DNA of 64,000 nt from positions 53,044 through 117,043 of the IMG/VR virus record IMGVR_UViG_3300050821_005389; one strand, 5' to 3'. The translations under genes were made by a program, and so were the position numbers. The notes beneath the pieces are model-generated. The model was not told the DNA's origin, searched no databases, and saw only the letters and a program-made list of their open reading frames with translations. Positions 19,050-28,503 of this stretch are shown here, piece by piece (within the stretch, counting starts at the first letter, position 1; each line of letters starts with the position of its first letter). Origin of the DNA: a virus.

Positions 19050-19816
19050 CGCGTTTGAATCTCCGGTAGCGGTCGAGTCACTTTATAATCGGGGACAATA
19101 GCTCGAAATTGTATTTCAGCCTCTTCAGCACAACAGTCAAGAACAAAGGCTCCTATGTTGACCAACTTAGTTTCCATATCTAGGAAAAATTGAGGCGATA
19201 CATCTTCTCTTTTCAGTCGTGGTGTCCACGTTAAATTCCGTGATTCAGTATTATCGTCATGACAACGAATGACCATCATCTTGCCGATCGGAGCGGCGGC
19301 TAATTGATCGGCTATCCTAGCTTCACGACCGAATACGGCGTCCTCACCGACGCAGCAATCCGGAAACGGATGTTCTTCCCACCAAGATTTCCAATAACAC
19401 TGGCTGGTTCCGGAAACATAGTAGGGAGGACCGCCTTTCTGTAAATGTAGGTTGCCAGTTTTTTCGTCAAAAATTACGGTGTCGTAGTAACCGGTAACAG
19501 CCTTGCCCGTTTTTTGAAGACGCTGAACTTGATCAAAAATTCTCGCCGGGTGTTGCCAATCATCGTCATCTCCGGCTGCGCAGATGTCACCGGTAGCAAT
19601 TCTCGCACCTAAATTTCTCTTAGCTCCGGTAGTAATCTTATTATCCAAGTGAACATAGTTGATTCGAGGATCTTTCGGTATGTCCAGTCGCTCTGGTCCG
19701 TCACAAATAATTACCAGTTCGAGATCGGGCCAAGTCTGTTGGTAAAAGCAGCGGAGAACGATAGGCATGTACTTTGCCCTCTTCGATTGGGTGGGGCATA
19801 CGATCGAGACACGCAA
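19046..19816 (-). CDS. Glycosyltransferase, GT2 (GT-A fold)
   Basis: VSIVCPT, QT...ELVII.D, GAKRN, DDDD, GED. Confidence 0.8.
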   Translation of the reverse strand: MRVSIVCPTQSKRAKYMPIVLRCFYQQTWPDLELVIICDGPERLDIPKDPRINYVHLDNKITTGAKRNLGARIATGDICAAGDDDDWQHPARIFDQVQRLQKTGKAVTGYYDTVIFDEKTGNLHLQKGGPPYYVSGTSQCYWKSWWEEHPFPDCCVGEDAVFGREARIADQLAAAPIGKMMVIRCHDDNTESRNLTWTPRLKREDVSPQFFLDMETKLVNIGAFVLDCCAEEAEIQFRAIVPDYKVTRPLPEIQTR

Positions 19817-20650
19817 CTATCGTTCTCCGTGTACAAATCTAGGATCAATATCCAGCGCTTCATTAATTGCTTTAATGACCCGATCAAACGGCTTGGCGTA
19901 CGTTAAAGCCTTATGATAATTCTCTTCTACGGCATCCTTCTTCAACATGTAATAATCTGGACTTAACCCGTTCAGAATACTCCGTAGATCGTGACCTCGC
20001 TCTAATGGATTCTCGGCGACTTGATCGATGCACTGGAAAGGAATTATGCCTTCTTTATTGAAAAAGTCATTAATCGTAGGACAGCCCCAGTAGATTGGGA
20101 TAGTTTTGCTGGCCATGCAATCCAAAATCTTCTCGGTAAAGTATCCGGGTCGGCGACAGTTTTCCATAATGATGCTGTACTGGAAAGGTTCAAAAATTTC
20201 TCTTTTGTCTGGAATTGCAGGCGGACTGCGATGCTTCCAGATAGCCATCTTACCAATCGAAGGCGGAAGATGCTCGAATACGTGTTGCCGGTATCTGTGG
20301 CCGGAACAGTCCTTTTTATTACTAGTAAGATAACTCGTAGCGAATCGCTTTTTATTAACTTCCGGGAAGTGATTCCAGACAGCGCTACAAGGAAACAATT
20401 TGGTATGACCGCACTCGCTTAATAGCTCGTTGTCCCAAGTGAGTACGAGGTCGTAGAATTCCCAATGTTTCTTAAGCATAGCTACTGTATTAGGCATAAT
20501 TTCTGGCGGTTCTACTTGCCAGAACACTTTAAACGGCGTAGTATCGGCAAAATTAAACCGATCAATAGAAATGGACACTTTCCAATTGAATTCGGGAAAG
20601 CCTGCTGAAAAATCGCAATCACTAAACAGTACGGGGCGGAAGCCCATCAA
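19817..20650 (-). CDS. Glycosyltransferase, GT10 (alpha-1,3/4-fucosyltransferase-like)
   Basis: YSIIMEN...GYFTEKI.D....TIPIYWG signature. Confidence 0.8.
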   Translation of the reverse strand: MMGFRPVLFSDCDFSAGFPEFNWKVSISIDRFNFADTTPFKVFWQVEPPEIMPNTVAMLKKHWEFYDLVLTWDNELLSECGHTKLFPCSAVWNHFPEVNKKRFATSYLTSNKKDCSGHRYRQHVFEHLPPSIGKMAIWKHRSPPAIPDKREIFEPFQYSIIMENCRRPGYFTEKILDCMASKTIPIYWGCPTINDFFNKEGIIPFQCIDQVAENPLERGHDLRSILNGLSPDYYMLKKDAVEENYHKALTYAKPFDRVIKAINEALDIDPRFVHGER

Positions 20651-21185
20651 TGTATCCTTGAACTGATTGTGCTCGTTTATCTTTCGTAGAAAGAATCGGC
20701 GTTTCGATACCCCAGTCGACCCCTATCTTCGGATCGTTCCACCTGATGGCGCCGTCTGCGGTCGGATTGAACTGGGCAGTACATTTATATTGAACTTCTG
20801 TATCATCACAAAGCGCCCGGAAACCTCGAGCGAATCCAGCCGGTGCCCAAACTTGGTACATATTCCACTCGGTAGCGTACGTTTGAACCCAATCCAAGAA
20901 TGTCGCCGATTGCGGTCGAATATCAACAGCTACTAGGATAGCTTCGCCTCGGGTCACGCGCATCAACTTACCCATTGGAGGATCGAGTTGGAAATGTAAA
21001 CCGCGAACGACATCCTTTAATGATCGAGAATGATTATCTTGGACAAATTCTGTAGGCAATCCCAGCTCTTCAAAATCATCTTTTCGATAAGTCGGAGTAT
21101 ACGATCCACGGAAATCCTTAAATACAGTTGGAACGATTAACTTAACGCCATTCAAACATTCGCCAACTAGACTAAACAACCCCAT
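20622..21185 (-). CDS. rmlC: NDP-4-keto-sugar 3,5-epimerase (RmlC family)
   Basis: D.RG, QDNHSRS...VRGLHFQ, K...V..G, PAGFARGF, YKC, WNDP.IG.DW; the usual GFAHGF His is Arg here. Confidence 0.85.
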   Translation of the reverse strand: MGLFSLVGECLNGVKLIVPTVFKDFRGSYTPTYRKDDFEELGLPTEFVQDNHSRSLKDVVRGLHFQLDPPMGKLMRVTRGEAILVAVDIRPQSATFLDWVQTYATEWNMYQVWAPAGFARGFRALCDDTEVQYKCTAQFNPTADGAIRWNDPKIGVDWGIETPILSTKDKRAQSVQGYIDGLPPRTV

Positions 21186-22185
21186 AGAGTCCTTTCTGCC
21201 AATTAATAGTCTTCTCAAGACCATCTTGTAAACTGGTGTACTTCAATTTGCCGAATTCTTTTTCATACCTTCGAAGATCCATCTTGACTCTTTTCGGGGC
21301 TCCGAAATCATAATGATGCTTTCTCGGTATAGTTACCTCAGCGCTTGTAATCTCACCGATCGTTTTAGCTAGTTTGGCTATAGTCGTACCGGAATTACCG
21401 CCGGCGTTATAAACGGGACGAGTACCGTGTAGAACGATGTTCCAAAGCTGGGTTACCACGTCCGTGATATAACAATATGTTCTGATAGTCGTTCCCGCGT
21501 CTTTTAATTCAATCTGTCCGGTCGTAAGAGCTTTCTGGATGAATTCGTTTAATGCTCGAGTGTCGTTTCGTTTGGTACCGGGACCGTAGGCTAATGAAAT
21601 TCTAGCTGACATGGCGTGTACACCGCGCTCGCGATGAGCGTTGACGATTGCTTCACCGCATCGTTTGCCTTCAATATAGGCTGCTCTCGTATGCAGCGGA
21701 GAAGTCGTGCCGATATCTGTCTCACTTGCGGATAGCTTCTTAAGTCCGCTATAAACTTCGCTGGAACTTGCATACAGAAATGAACCTCCTTTTCGGAGTT
21801 TTTCTAGGAGGCGCATCGTACCTAGAGTGTTGATAGCGATTGTCTCTAGAGGATTACCAACGAACCGACTAGGCTGGGCGTATCCATGAAATGCTAAAAT
21901 TACATCTGTTCGTGGAAGAAGAGAGTCGTAACGACTCAAATCGCCTTGCAGCGTATCAAATTTTCCACGTTGTACGATTTCTTTACTATACTCGCTTAAC
22001 TCAGATTGATGATAAGCATAAACGACTCGCGGCTTAGATTCTTTCGGTAAATCTACCAGTGAGGCTAAAAGGTGCGTTCCAATCATTCCCGAAGCGCCCG
22101 TAATTAGAATGTGTTGGTCTTTCAATCCGGTTAAATCAACAGATTCTCGGATTTTTCTGGCGTCTTCTAAAATGATCTCATTCAT
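21172..22185 (-). CDS. NAD-dependent dehydratase/decarboxylase (UXS-like SDR)
   Basis: ITGASGMIG, SSSEVY, RA.Y.EGKR.GE, YGPG, R..CY..D. Confidence 0.8.
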   Translation of the reverse strand: MNEIILEDARKIRESVDLTGLKDQHILITGASGMIGTHLLASLVDLPKESKPRVVYAYHQSELSEYSKEIVQRGKFDTLQGDLSRYDSLLPRTDVILAFHGYAQPSRFVGNPLETIAINTLGTMRLLEKLRKGGSFLYASSSEVYSGLKKLSASETDIGTTSPLHTRAAYIEGKRCGEAIVNAHRERGVHAMSARISLAYGPGTKRNDTRALNEFIQKALTTGQIELKDAGTTIRTYCYITDVVTQLWNIVLHGTRPVYNAGGNSGTTIAKLAKTIGEITSAEVTIPRKHHYDFGAPKRVKMDLRRYEKEFGKLKYTSLQDGLEKTINWQKGLYGVV

Positions 22186-23012
22186 ATCTTAAAGAAGTTT
22201 CGAATACTCTTTTCTATCTGAGGTGCCGTTAATTCGCAAGCTTCGTCGTGTTCTTGAACAGTACCGTAATTGGTTTGAAATATTCTTGGTACGCCTATCG
22301 AATGAACTTTGCGGTCATAAAACTCATGTGCCAGAGTGCCAGCGTAAAACGGTTCCACTATGACCAGATCGCCTTCGTCAACGGAAGAATTCAATCCGGA
22401 CAAGTACGTTACATAGTTTATCGTAACATCCAGATTTTTGCAAGCTTCTATAGTTCTATCAAGCATCGGACCGACTGCTACGACAGTACCTTTAGTACCT
22501 TGTTTTACGTGAAATCCGTGGTGATCTTTATTCGGATATTCCGTTAAACGATAATACGTAGGTCGTGGGCTGGCGTAGTGGTCACGAAATATGTGATCGA
22601 ACTCTTCCGGATGGCCGGGAACCATAACGTCTAGACCGGGAATCGTTTTTAAAAGGGCTACGTCACCGGGACAGTGATGCGTCGGGCCGAGTTTTGAATA
22701 GTCGTAACTGGCACCGACTGAGACAAAGTTACCACCTAGTTTCTGGTAACCAAAGTCAACTTTTATTTGCTCGAAGGCTCTTTCAACTAGGAACGGCGCG
22801 ATAGTGTGAACTATCGGTATCATTCCGGCAGCAGACAGTCCGGCGGCAAGACTGACCATACTTTGTTCAAGGATCCCAATATTATAAACACGATCAGGGA
22901 AGCGTTCGAAAGCTTCCTTGAATCCGTGAACACCGATGTCACCGAGAAGTAGAACAACTTTATCGTCTTGTTCGAGTAATGAAAGAACGGTTTTTGTGAA
23001 TTGTTTCCTCAA
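22182..23012 (-). CDS. Transketolase-like, C-terminal (pyrimidine-binding) subunit
   Basis: N.GI.EQ.M...AAG, ERA.EQI, G.THH. Confidence 0.85.
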   Translation of the reverse strand: MRKQFTKTVLSLLEQDDKVVLLLGDIGVHGFKEAFERFPDRVYNIGILEQSMVSLAAGLSAAGMIPIVHTIAPFLVERAFEQIKVDFGYQKLGGNFVSVGASYDYSKLGPTHHCPGDVALLKTIPGLDVMVPGHPEEFDHIFRDHYASPRPTYYRLTEYPNKDHHGFHVKQGTKGTVVAVGPMLDRTIEACKNLDVTINYVTYLSGLNSSVDEGDLVIVEPFYAGTLAHEFYDRKVHSIGVPRIFQTNYGTVQEHDEACELTAPQIEKSIRNFFKI

Positions 23013-23788
23013 ACGACACCGTTAGCGGAGTTTTCGAAATTATCTAGTTCTGCTAAAATCTCATTTAACTCGGAACGATTCGGCGTTTTATGATGCCACT
23101 CCGGATTATCTTCCATTCGCTTACAACCTTTGCCCTTCAGTGTTTCTGCGATAATCGCAATCGGATAATCGCAATCGTACGTGAAGCAAGCTGCGGCGAT
23201 TTTTGAGTGCTCGTGACCGGGGATGAATATAGTAAAATAACCAAATGTACGAAACTTATCGGGAAGGAATCTTAAATTCAATGCTCGATCATTCGAATGA
23301 TTATTATCGACTATTACAACTAAATTGGTTAATTCATGTTCATAGGCCAGCAATAAAGCTTCCCAAATAGCACCTTCGTTACATTCGCCGTCACCGATAA
23401 GACAGTAGACTCGACCGGGCTTCTTTTGGACCTTGAGTGCTAGGGCCAAACCAACCGCTTGCGGTAAACCGTGCCCGAGTGAACCGGTAGAAAATACAAC
23501 GCCAGGAATCTTATTCCGATCCGGATGACCTCCAAGCGGACTGTTATATTCTGTAAAGTGATCTAGCCATTCCCGAGGGATTACTCCCTTATCAGCCAGT
23601 ACAGCGTACAGTGCCAAACTAGCATGGCCCTTTGAGAGCACGAAGTAATCTTCTGGTTTCAGAACTTGATTATACAAGACGTACAAGATGTCCAATATAC
23701 TAAACGCGCTGGCTAGATGACCCTCTCCGGCGCGATAGGCGGCGATGACTATGCGTTTCTTTAACTCATTCACCGTGGAATTCGGCAT
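23009..23788 (-). CDS. Transketolase-like, N-terminal (ThDP-binding) subunit
   Basis: GH, LSKGH, GHP, TGSLGHG, GDGE.NEG..WE...D.N ThDP motif, WHH. Confidence 0.9.
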   Translation of the reverse strand: MPNSTVNELKKRIVIAAYRAGEGHLASAFSILDILYVLYNQVLKPEDYFVLSKGHASLALYAVLADKGVIPREWLDHFTEYNSPLGGHPDRNKIPGVVFSTGSLGHGLPQAVGLALALKVQKKPGRVYCLIGDGECNEGAIWEALLLAYEHELTNLVVIVDNNHSNDRALNLRFLPDKFRTFGYFTIFIPGHEHSKIAAACFTYDCDYPIAIIAETLKGKGCKRMEDNPEWHHKTPNRSELNEILAELDNFENSANGVV

Positions 23789-24716
23789 CTACCATAATCC
23801 TTACGAGTTGTTCAAATCTAACTTTGGGCTTCCAGCGAAGATTAATCTCTGCCTTGGTATAATCTCCCAATAAGGCGTTTACTTCAGAAGGACGATAATA
23901 GCGCGAATCTGTTACGACGTGCTTTTCCCACCTGATACCGATATACCTCGAGACGGCATTGAGAAAATCTCGTACAGAATGCGATTCTTCGGTCGCTAAG
24001 ACGTAGTCGTCCGGCTTATCTTGCTGGAGCATACGCCACATTCCGTCTACAAATTCAGGGGCAAACCCCCAGTCTCTTTTTGCGTCCAGATTTCCCAATC
24101 TTAATTCGGTCTGTTTTCCGAGATGGATATTTACCAATCCTCGCACGATCTTCCTAGTAACAAAGGTCTCGCCACGCCTCGGTGACTCGTGGTTGAATAA
24201 AATACCGCTACTAACAAACATACCCCGATTCCGAAAATTTCTGGCGCTATAGAAAGCAGCCTGCTTGGAGACTGCGTAAGGACTCTTAGGATTAAACGGC
24301 GTTTCTTCGTTTTGCGGTTCGGTATAATCTCCGCCAAATAACTCACTGGTGCCAGCTTGGTAAAATCGCACACCGGGTACCGTTTGAAAAGCAATTTCAA
24401 GAAGATTCTGAGTACCGGTTGCGTTGGTATTAAAAGTATACTCAGGAAGTTCCCAACTTACAGCTACATGACTTTGCGCGGCTAAATGGTAAATTTCATC
24501 CGGTTGTGCTGCTTGAACAATATGCGCGAGTGATCGACTGTCCGTCATGTCACCGTGATAAAGATGCAACTTACTAAAAATCTTATCAATGCGACCTGTG
24601 TTGAAACTAGATGATCTGCGAATAATACCGTGGACCTCGTAGTCCTTTTCAAGAAGTAATTCGCACAAGTAGCTGCCGTCTTGACCGGCACAACCAGTTA
24701 CTAACGCTCGTTTCAC
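23766..24716 (-). CDS. gmd: GDP-mannose 4,6-dehydratase
   Basis: TG..GQDGSYL, RRSSSFNTGRI, LAAQSHV, SPYAVSK, FNHESPRRGETFVTRKI, GNLDAKRDWG. Confidence 0.95.
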   Translation of the reverse strand: MKRALVTGCAGQDGSYLCELLLEKDYEVHGIIRRSSSFNTGRIDKIFSKLHLYHGDMTDSRSLAHIVQAAQPDEIYHLAAQSHVAVSWELPEYTFNTNATGTQNLLEIAFQTVPGVRFYQAGTSELFGGDYTEPQNEETPFNPKSPYAVSKQAAFYSARNFRNRGMFVSSGILFNHESPRRGETFVTRKIVRGLVNIHLGKQTELRLGNLDAKRDWGFAPEFVDGMWRMLQQDKPDDYVLATEESHSVRDFLNAVSRYIGIRWEKHVVTDSRYYRPSEVNALLGDYTKAEINLRWKPKVRFEQLVRIMVDAEFHGE

Positions 24717-25270
24717 TCAAACTCCGGAATATTAAACTGTCCTCGATGCATCAAAACAATCCCCGTCCGATAGTCCCTGATCCATCCTGATAAATCCAAA
24801 TCTTTTGGCCAAACGGGACTATCCTCGAAAGCAGTCCCCGACATATCATCAACTAGGATTAAAGACTCTGGCCGATACTGCGTAATAACCTTTAGTTCCT
24901 CCGGCAGCGGATCGCCGTCATGCGCCGTCAACCCGCCGGAAAAGTGCGCGTCTAGCCAGAACATCAAAGGATCGACGATCAGTCGGCTCAGTACTTCTTT
25001 TAAAATGACTCGACTGCTTCCCTGATGTTGGTAAATATTCGGAAAGGACTGTAGCATTTCTCGCGACCGTTGGTAAAACACAGGCGATAATTCTATAGTA
25101 TCGATGCGGTCAAAATACGGGCTGAGTTCTAAAGCCATACCGCCCATATGAGTACCGGTTTCTACTAAATTGCGGATACCGGTTTCGCCAGCTAGCCAGA
25201 TAATGAAGTCGCGTTTCCATTCTCTCAAAACCGGATCGGGCCACTTCTGGAATCCCGGAGCGCCTTTCAC
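24713..25270 (-). CDS. Class I SAM-dependent methyltransferase
   Basis: VETGT..G, TIELS, G.S, FWLDAH.SGG.T, ILVDD; paralogue of the N-domain of 25267..26451. Confidence 0.75.
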   Translation of the reverse strand: MKGAPGFQKWPDPVLREWKRDFIIWLAGETGIRNLVETGTHMGGMALELSPYFDRIDTIELSPVFYQRSREMLQSFPNIYQHQGSSRVILKEVLSRLIVDPLMFWLDAHFSGGLTAHDGDPLPEELKVITQYRPESLILVDDMSGTAFEDSPVWPKDLDLSGWIRDYRTGIVLMHRGQFNIPEFE

Positions 25271-26451
25271 TTCTCGTAAACCAAATTATAGCAATTTCCT
25301 TCGCCGACTTCGGCTCGACACTGCAATTCTTCGCGAATCTTTTCAAAACCGGCGTTTTTCATAAAAGCGTCTATTTCAGAAATCGTCGCGCCGTTTTTAT
25401 AAGCAATGAAGTCAGTTGACTCGACCTCAACAAACTGAACCTTATCCAAAAACTCTGTGGCACCACGTAAAACATTTAATTCAGCGCCTTGGGCATCGAC
25501 GATCAAAGCTTGGTAGCTTTTCATATTTAAATCTTGATCCTGAAAGAAATGATCCAGTGTTGAACCCCTGACTGTTTCAACCCGACCGGTGTATTTCACA
25601 TTAGGCCAGGCTCGTGAGTGTTCAGCAAATTCCAGAACAGATGACGATGCGCCGCCGTTATCGGCGACGTTTAATTGATAAGGTTTATTCTCGTCCGATA
25701 TAAGTAACTGGTAAGCTCTTTGCTTCGGATACGTCCAAATGTTCTCTTGCAGCGTCTTATAAGCTGTAGGATCTGGCTCGAACCAGATAACATCCATATC
25801 GTACTGATCGTAAATCTGCCGTTCGCTTCCTACGCCGGCGCCAACGTGAACTACACCAAATGCGTTCTGAAGGAAATCGTAATTTGGTAGCTTTTTCCAA
25901 ACGCGTAATAACCCGTTCTTCAGTTCCCAGGCCCATTCAGGAAACTGGTCAACAAAATTAGATACCGCTTCAGGCGCTGGAATATCGTTCCAATAACCTT
26001 GCATGTCGTCAATTAAGATAATACCTGTAAAACCGGATCGGAAGATAGCTTCTAGTTCTCTCGTGACTGGACATGAGCTATTCGAAGTCTTACCGCCCGA
26101 ATAGTGAGCGTCTAGATAGAACAAAACAGGCTGGCGCGGTATTTTCTGGAGAAGGTTAGCCAATTCTACGCCGCTATCTCCTTCGATAATTGCTATATTG
26201 GTGTTTTTAAACTCTTCCCGGCCTTTTTCGACGTAATGCTTACTTAATTCAATTGAATATACTTTCTCAAAGCTGTCATGAATAGCTCGAACGGTATTGC
26301 CGTCACATAACCCAGTTTCAATAAAAGTCTTTAACTGGAGACGTTTGGCGAAATCGCGAATAAGGTCGTGTTTGTATTGCTCGGTAGGAAACCAGCGGCC
26401 GCCATCTTTTTCATCTTCCCAGCGAAGATCTAATTTAACCGTATCCTTCAC
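25267..26451 (-). CDS. Double methyltransferase (class I domain plus FkbM domain)
   Basis: IETG...SIELS...FYLDAHYSGG, then HVGAG.G, FEP, D.QGAEL.VL.G. Confidence 0.8.
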   Translation of the reverse strand: MKDTVKLDLRWEDEKDGGRWFPTEQYKHDLIRDFAKRLQLKTFIETGLCDGNTVRAIHDSFEKVYSIELSKHYVEKGREEFKNTNIAIIEGDSGVELANLLQKIPRQPVLFYLDAHYSGGKTSNSSCPVTRELEAIFRSGFTGIILIDDMQGYWNDIPAPEAVSNFVDQFPEWAWELKNGLLRVWKKLPNYDFLQNAFGVVHVGAGVGSERQIYDQYDMDVIWFEPDPTAYKTLQENIWTYPKQRAYQLLISDENKPYQLNVADNGGASSSVLEFAEHSRAWPNVKYTGRVETVRGSTLDHFFQDQDLNMKSYQALIVDAQGAELNVLRGATEFLDKVQFVEVESTDFIAYKNGATISEIDAFMKNAGFEKIREELQCRAEVGEGNCYNLVYEK

Positions 26452-27113
26452 TCAAACCTCACGTAAATGTCGCCCATTAAGGAATTGTTACCTTCATACT
26501 GTATCAGTTTACCCTGTAGAAATCCAGGCGTGACCCAGCCGCTTAATTCGAACTGTTCCGGAGCGTGGTTCAATGTATAATTGGTTTCATACCAGCCTAG
26601 AGAATCTAGATGATCAAAAACTTCATCTACCATAAACAAAACTTCCGGAGTGAATTCAAACGACAGCAAGTTGACTGGTTGGGATAGTCCGCGCACGACG
26701 TTGGGCTCGTAGCCTTCGACATCTATCTTGATGAAGTCCGGAACGCCGAACTGTTCGATTAACAGGTCGAGTGTTACGACCTCGACCGATTCCGACTGGT
26801 ACCAGTGCATATCGCCGAACCTTCCCGATTTCCCGACTTCTTTTACGAAGCGATTGGACATAGATGCTGTCGTGGACACGTTTCCGGGTTTGCAAATTAA
26901 ATCTTTGCCGATGAAACTTCCTACGGCTTTGTTAACGACTGTGACATTGGTATTCTCAAATTTACTGGTCAAGACTGTTGAGCATTCTAGGAGAGGTTCG
27001 ACGGCTATGACTTTATCGGCCAGTTCGGAAAATAAAATCGTTTTCTCACCGATATTAGCGCCGATGTCGAAAACCAGATCGTCTTTTCCTATCAGTTGGG
27101 CGAAAAAAGTCAT
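26448..27113 (-). CDS. FkbM-family methyltransferase
   Basis: FDIGANIG, AVEP, IKIDVEGYE; ATG at 27113 overlaps the upstream TGA. Confidence 0.85.
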   Translation of the reverse strand: MTFFAQLIGKDDLVFDIGANIGEKTILFSELADKVIAVEPLLECSTVLTSKFENTNVTVVNKAVGSFIGKDLICKPGNVSTTASMSNRFVKEVGKSGRFGDMHWYQSESVEVVTLDLLIEQFGVPDFIKIDVEGYEPNVVRGLSQPVNLLSFEFTPEVLFMVDEVFDHLDSLGWYETNYTLNHAPEQFELSGWVTPGFLQGKLIQYEGNNSLMGDIYVRFE

Positions 27114-27853
27114 AGGCGGATCCAATGTGTTGGACATAAGTCCCTTGTATCGATTGATTCGTTCACGAACCATTTCTTAGGTGCTATAGATATTCTACCA
27201 GGGCGATCCCCGAGGTAATTAGCCCACCAAGAAAATGACGAGTTGGCACCGATGCCGTGACAACATTTAGACATTAAATGTAGCTCGTCCCGAGACGTGG
27301 GGCAGTGAAGAACCTGATAGGGCATATTTTTTCGGCACCAATCGAGGTCGTCTGAAAAAACCAAAAAACACGGATCTTCAACCCGTTCTTTTATGTAGTT
27401 AATCGCTGTTTCGTAATAGCTGTTTAGATCGACCCCGTGGTACTCTCTGGTTCCGCTATTGAGGTAATCACCTCGTCGTATATGGATGAAAACTGTATTT
27501 CTAAATTTGAAAGAGTCTCCCCAAGGCGGCGGTTCTTTAAAACCAACTTCCTTACGGATTATATCAGCATAATCTTTAAAATATCTTGGTGACTGCCAGT
27601 AACCACGATAGTAACTTTCTGGATCAGCATCGAAAACTCCGGGATCGAATGCAAACCCTGGTTCTTCATAAATAGGGCCGGAAGGGCGCGGAACAAAATC
27701 AAGATTCAAATTATAGCGAATCAATTCATAATCTCTCGTTGCTCGCTCGAGATAGAATTGGAGTGGTAAACCTCGTTTCAAAGAAAGAGCACGACCAAAA
27801 GCATATTGAAAAAGTTGATTGCCTGTTCCACCACAAACCATCCGTACAATCAT
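27110..27853 (-). CDS. Glycosyltransferase, GT11 (alpha-1,2-fucosyltransferase-like)
   Basis: GG.GNQLFQYA, GYWQS, HIRRGDY, FSDD..W, NSSFSWW. Confidence 0.9.
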   Translation of the reverse strand: MIVRMVCGGTGNQLFQYAFGRALSLKRGLPLQFYLERATRDYELIRYNLNLDFVPRPSGPIYEEPGFAFDPGVFDADPESYYRGYWQSPRYFKDYADIIRKEVGFKEPPPWGDSFKFRNTVFIHIRRGDYLNSGTREYHGVDLNSYYETAINYIKERVEDPCFLVFSDDLDWCRKNMPYQVLHCPTSRDELHLMSKCCHGIGANSSFSWWANYLGDRPGRISIAPKKWFVNESIDTRDLCPTHWIRL

Positions 27854-28503
27854 ACTTGTCCTGAATACATCTTTTCCATCCACTGTTCACTAGGATCGTA
27901 CTGCCAAGCACCGTAACCCACATTAGGGTAGTGCCAAGAAATCCCTCTAGGCATATTGCCTTTTTTCATCTCCGGATGCTTTCCCATAACATCTCCGACA
28001 AAAATATCCTCGGCCCATGTTTCCGGCTCGGCTGCCACGACCAGTTCGGCCGCTCGTCGTGATAAGAAATAGCCGAACCCGCCGGACGCCCACGGAAAAG
28101 TTTGGGGATTATACCAGTCTTTCTTCTCTCGATCAATGGCGTGGTAAGGAAATGTTACGTCCCACGGTTTGCTGTTTACACCGAAATAATCGTAATTCTC
28201 AAAGCCGGACTTCATTAATAAATCAACGGCAACAAAAGTGTCGGTGTCTGCCAAAAATACGTATGAATAATCTCTTTTAAGTGCCCATTTCAAGATGGTT
28301 CGAGTCTTATACGGTAAACCTTCGTAAGAATCGGGGGTATCAAGCCAAACCTCATCTTGGCGAAGCGGCAATAAAATTCCCGATCCGTTTCCTAAAAAGA
28401 AACGCAAATCGCCTTTAACATCACAACCCCACGTATTTCTTATCGGATTATGAAACCCGCCGTCTCGATGAGCAAAACAGCTTTTGATAGCAAAAAGGAT
28501 CAA
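27850..28503 (-). CDS. Glycosyltransferase, GT31/Fringe-like
   Basis: IRNTW, RFFLG, D.Y..LP.KT, DTDTFV, ASGG.GY.LSR, EDIFVG. Confidence 0.8.
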   Translation of the reverse strand: MILFAIKSCFAHRDGGFHNPIRNTWGCDVKGDLRFFLGNGSGILLPLRQDEVWLDTPDSYEGLPYKTRTILKWALKRDYSYVFLADTDTFVAVDLLMKSGFENYDYFGVNSKPWDVTFPYHAIDREKKDWYNPQTFPWASGGFGYFLSRRAAELVVAAEPETWAEDIFVGDVMGKHPEMKKGNMPRGISWHYPNVGYGAWQYDPSEQWMEKMYSGQV

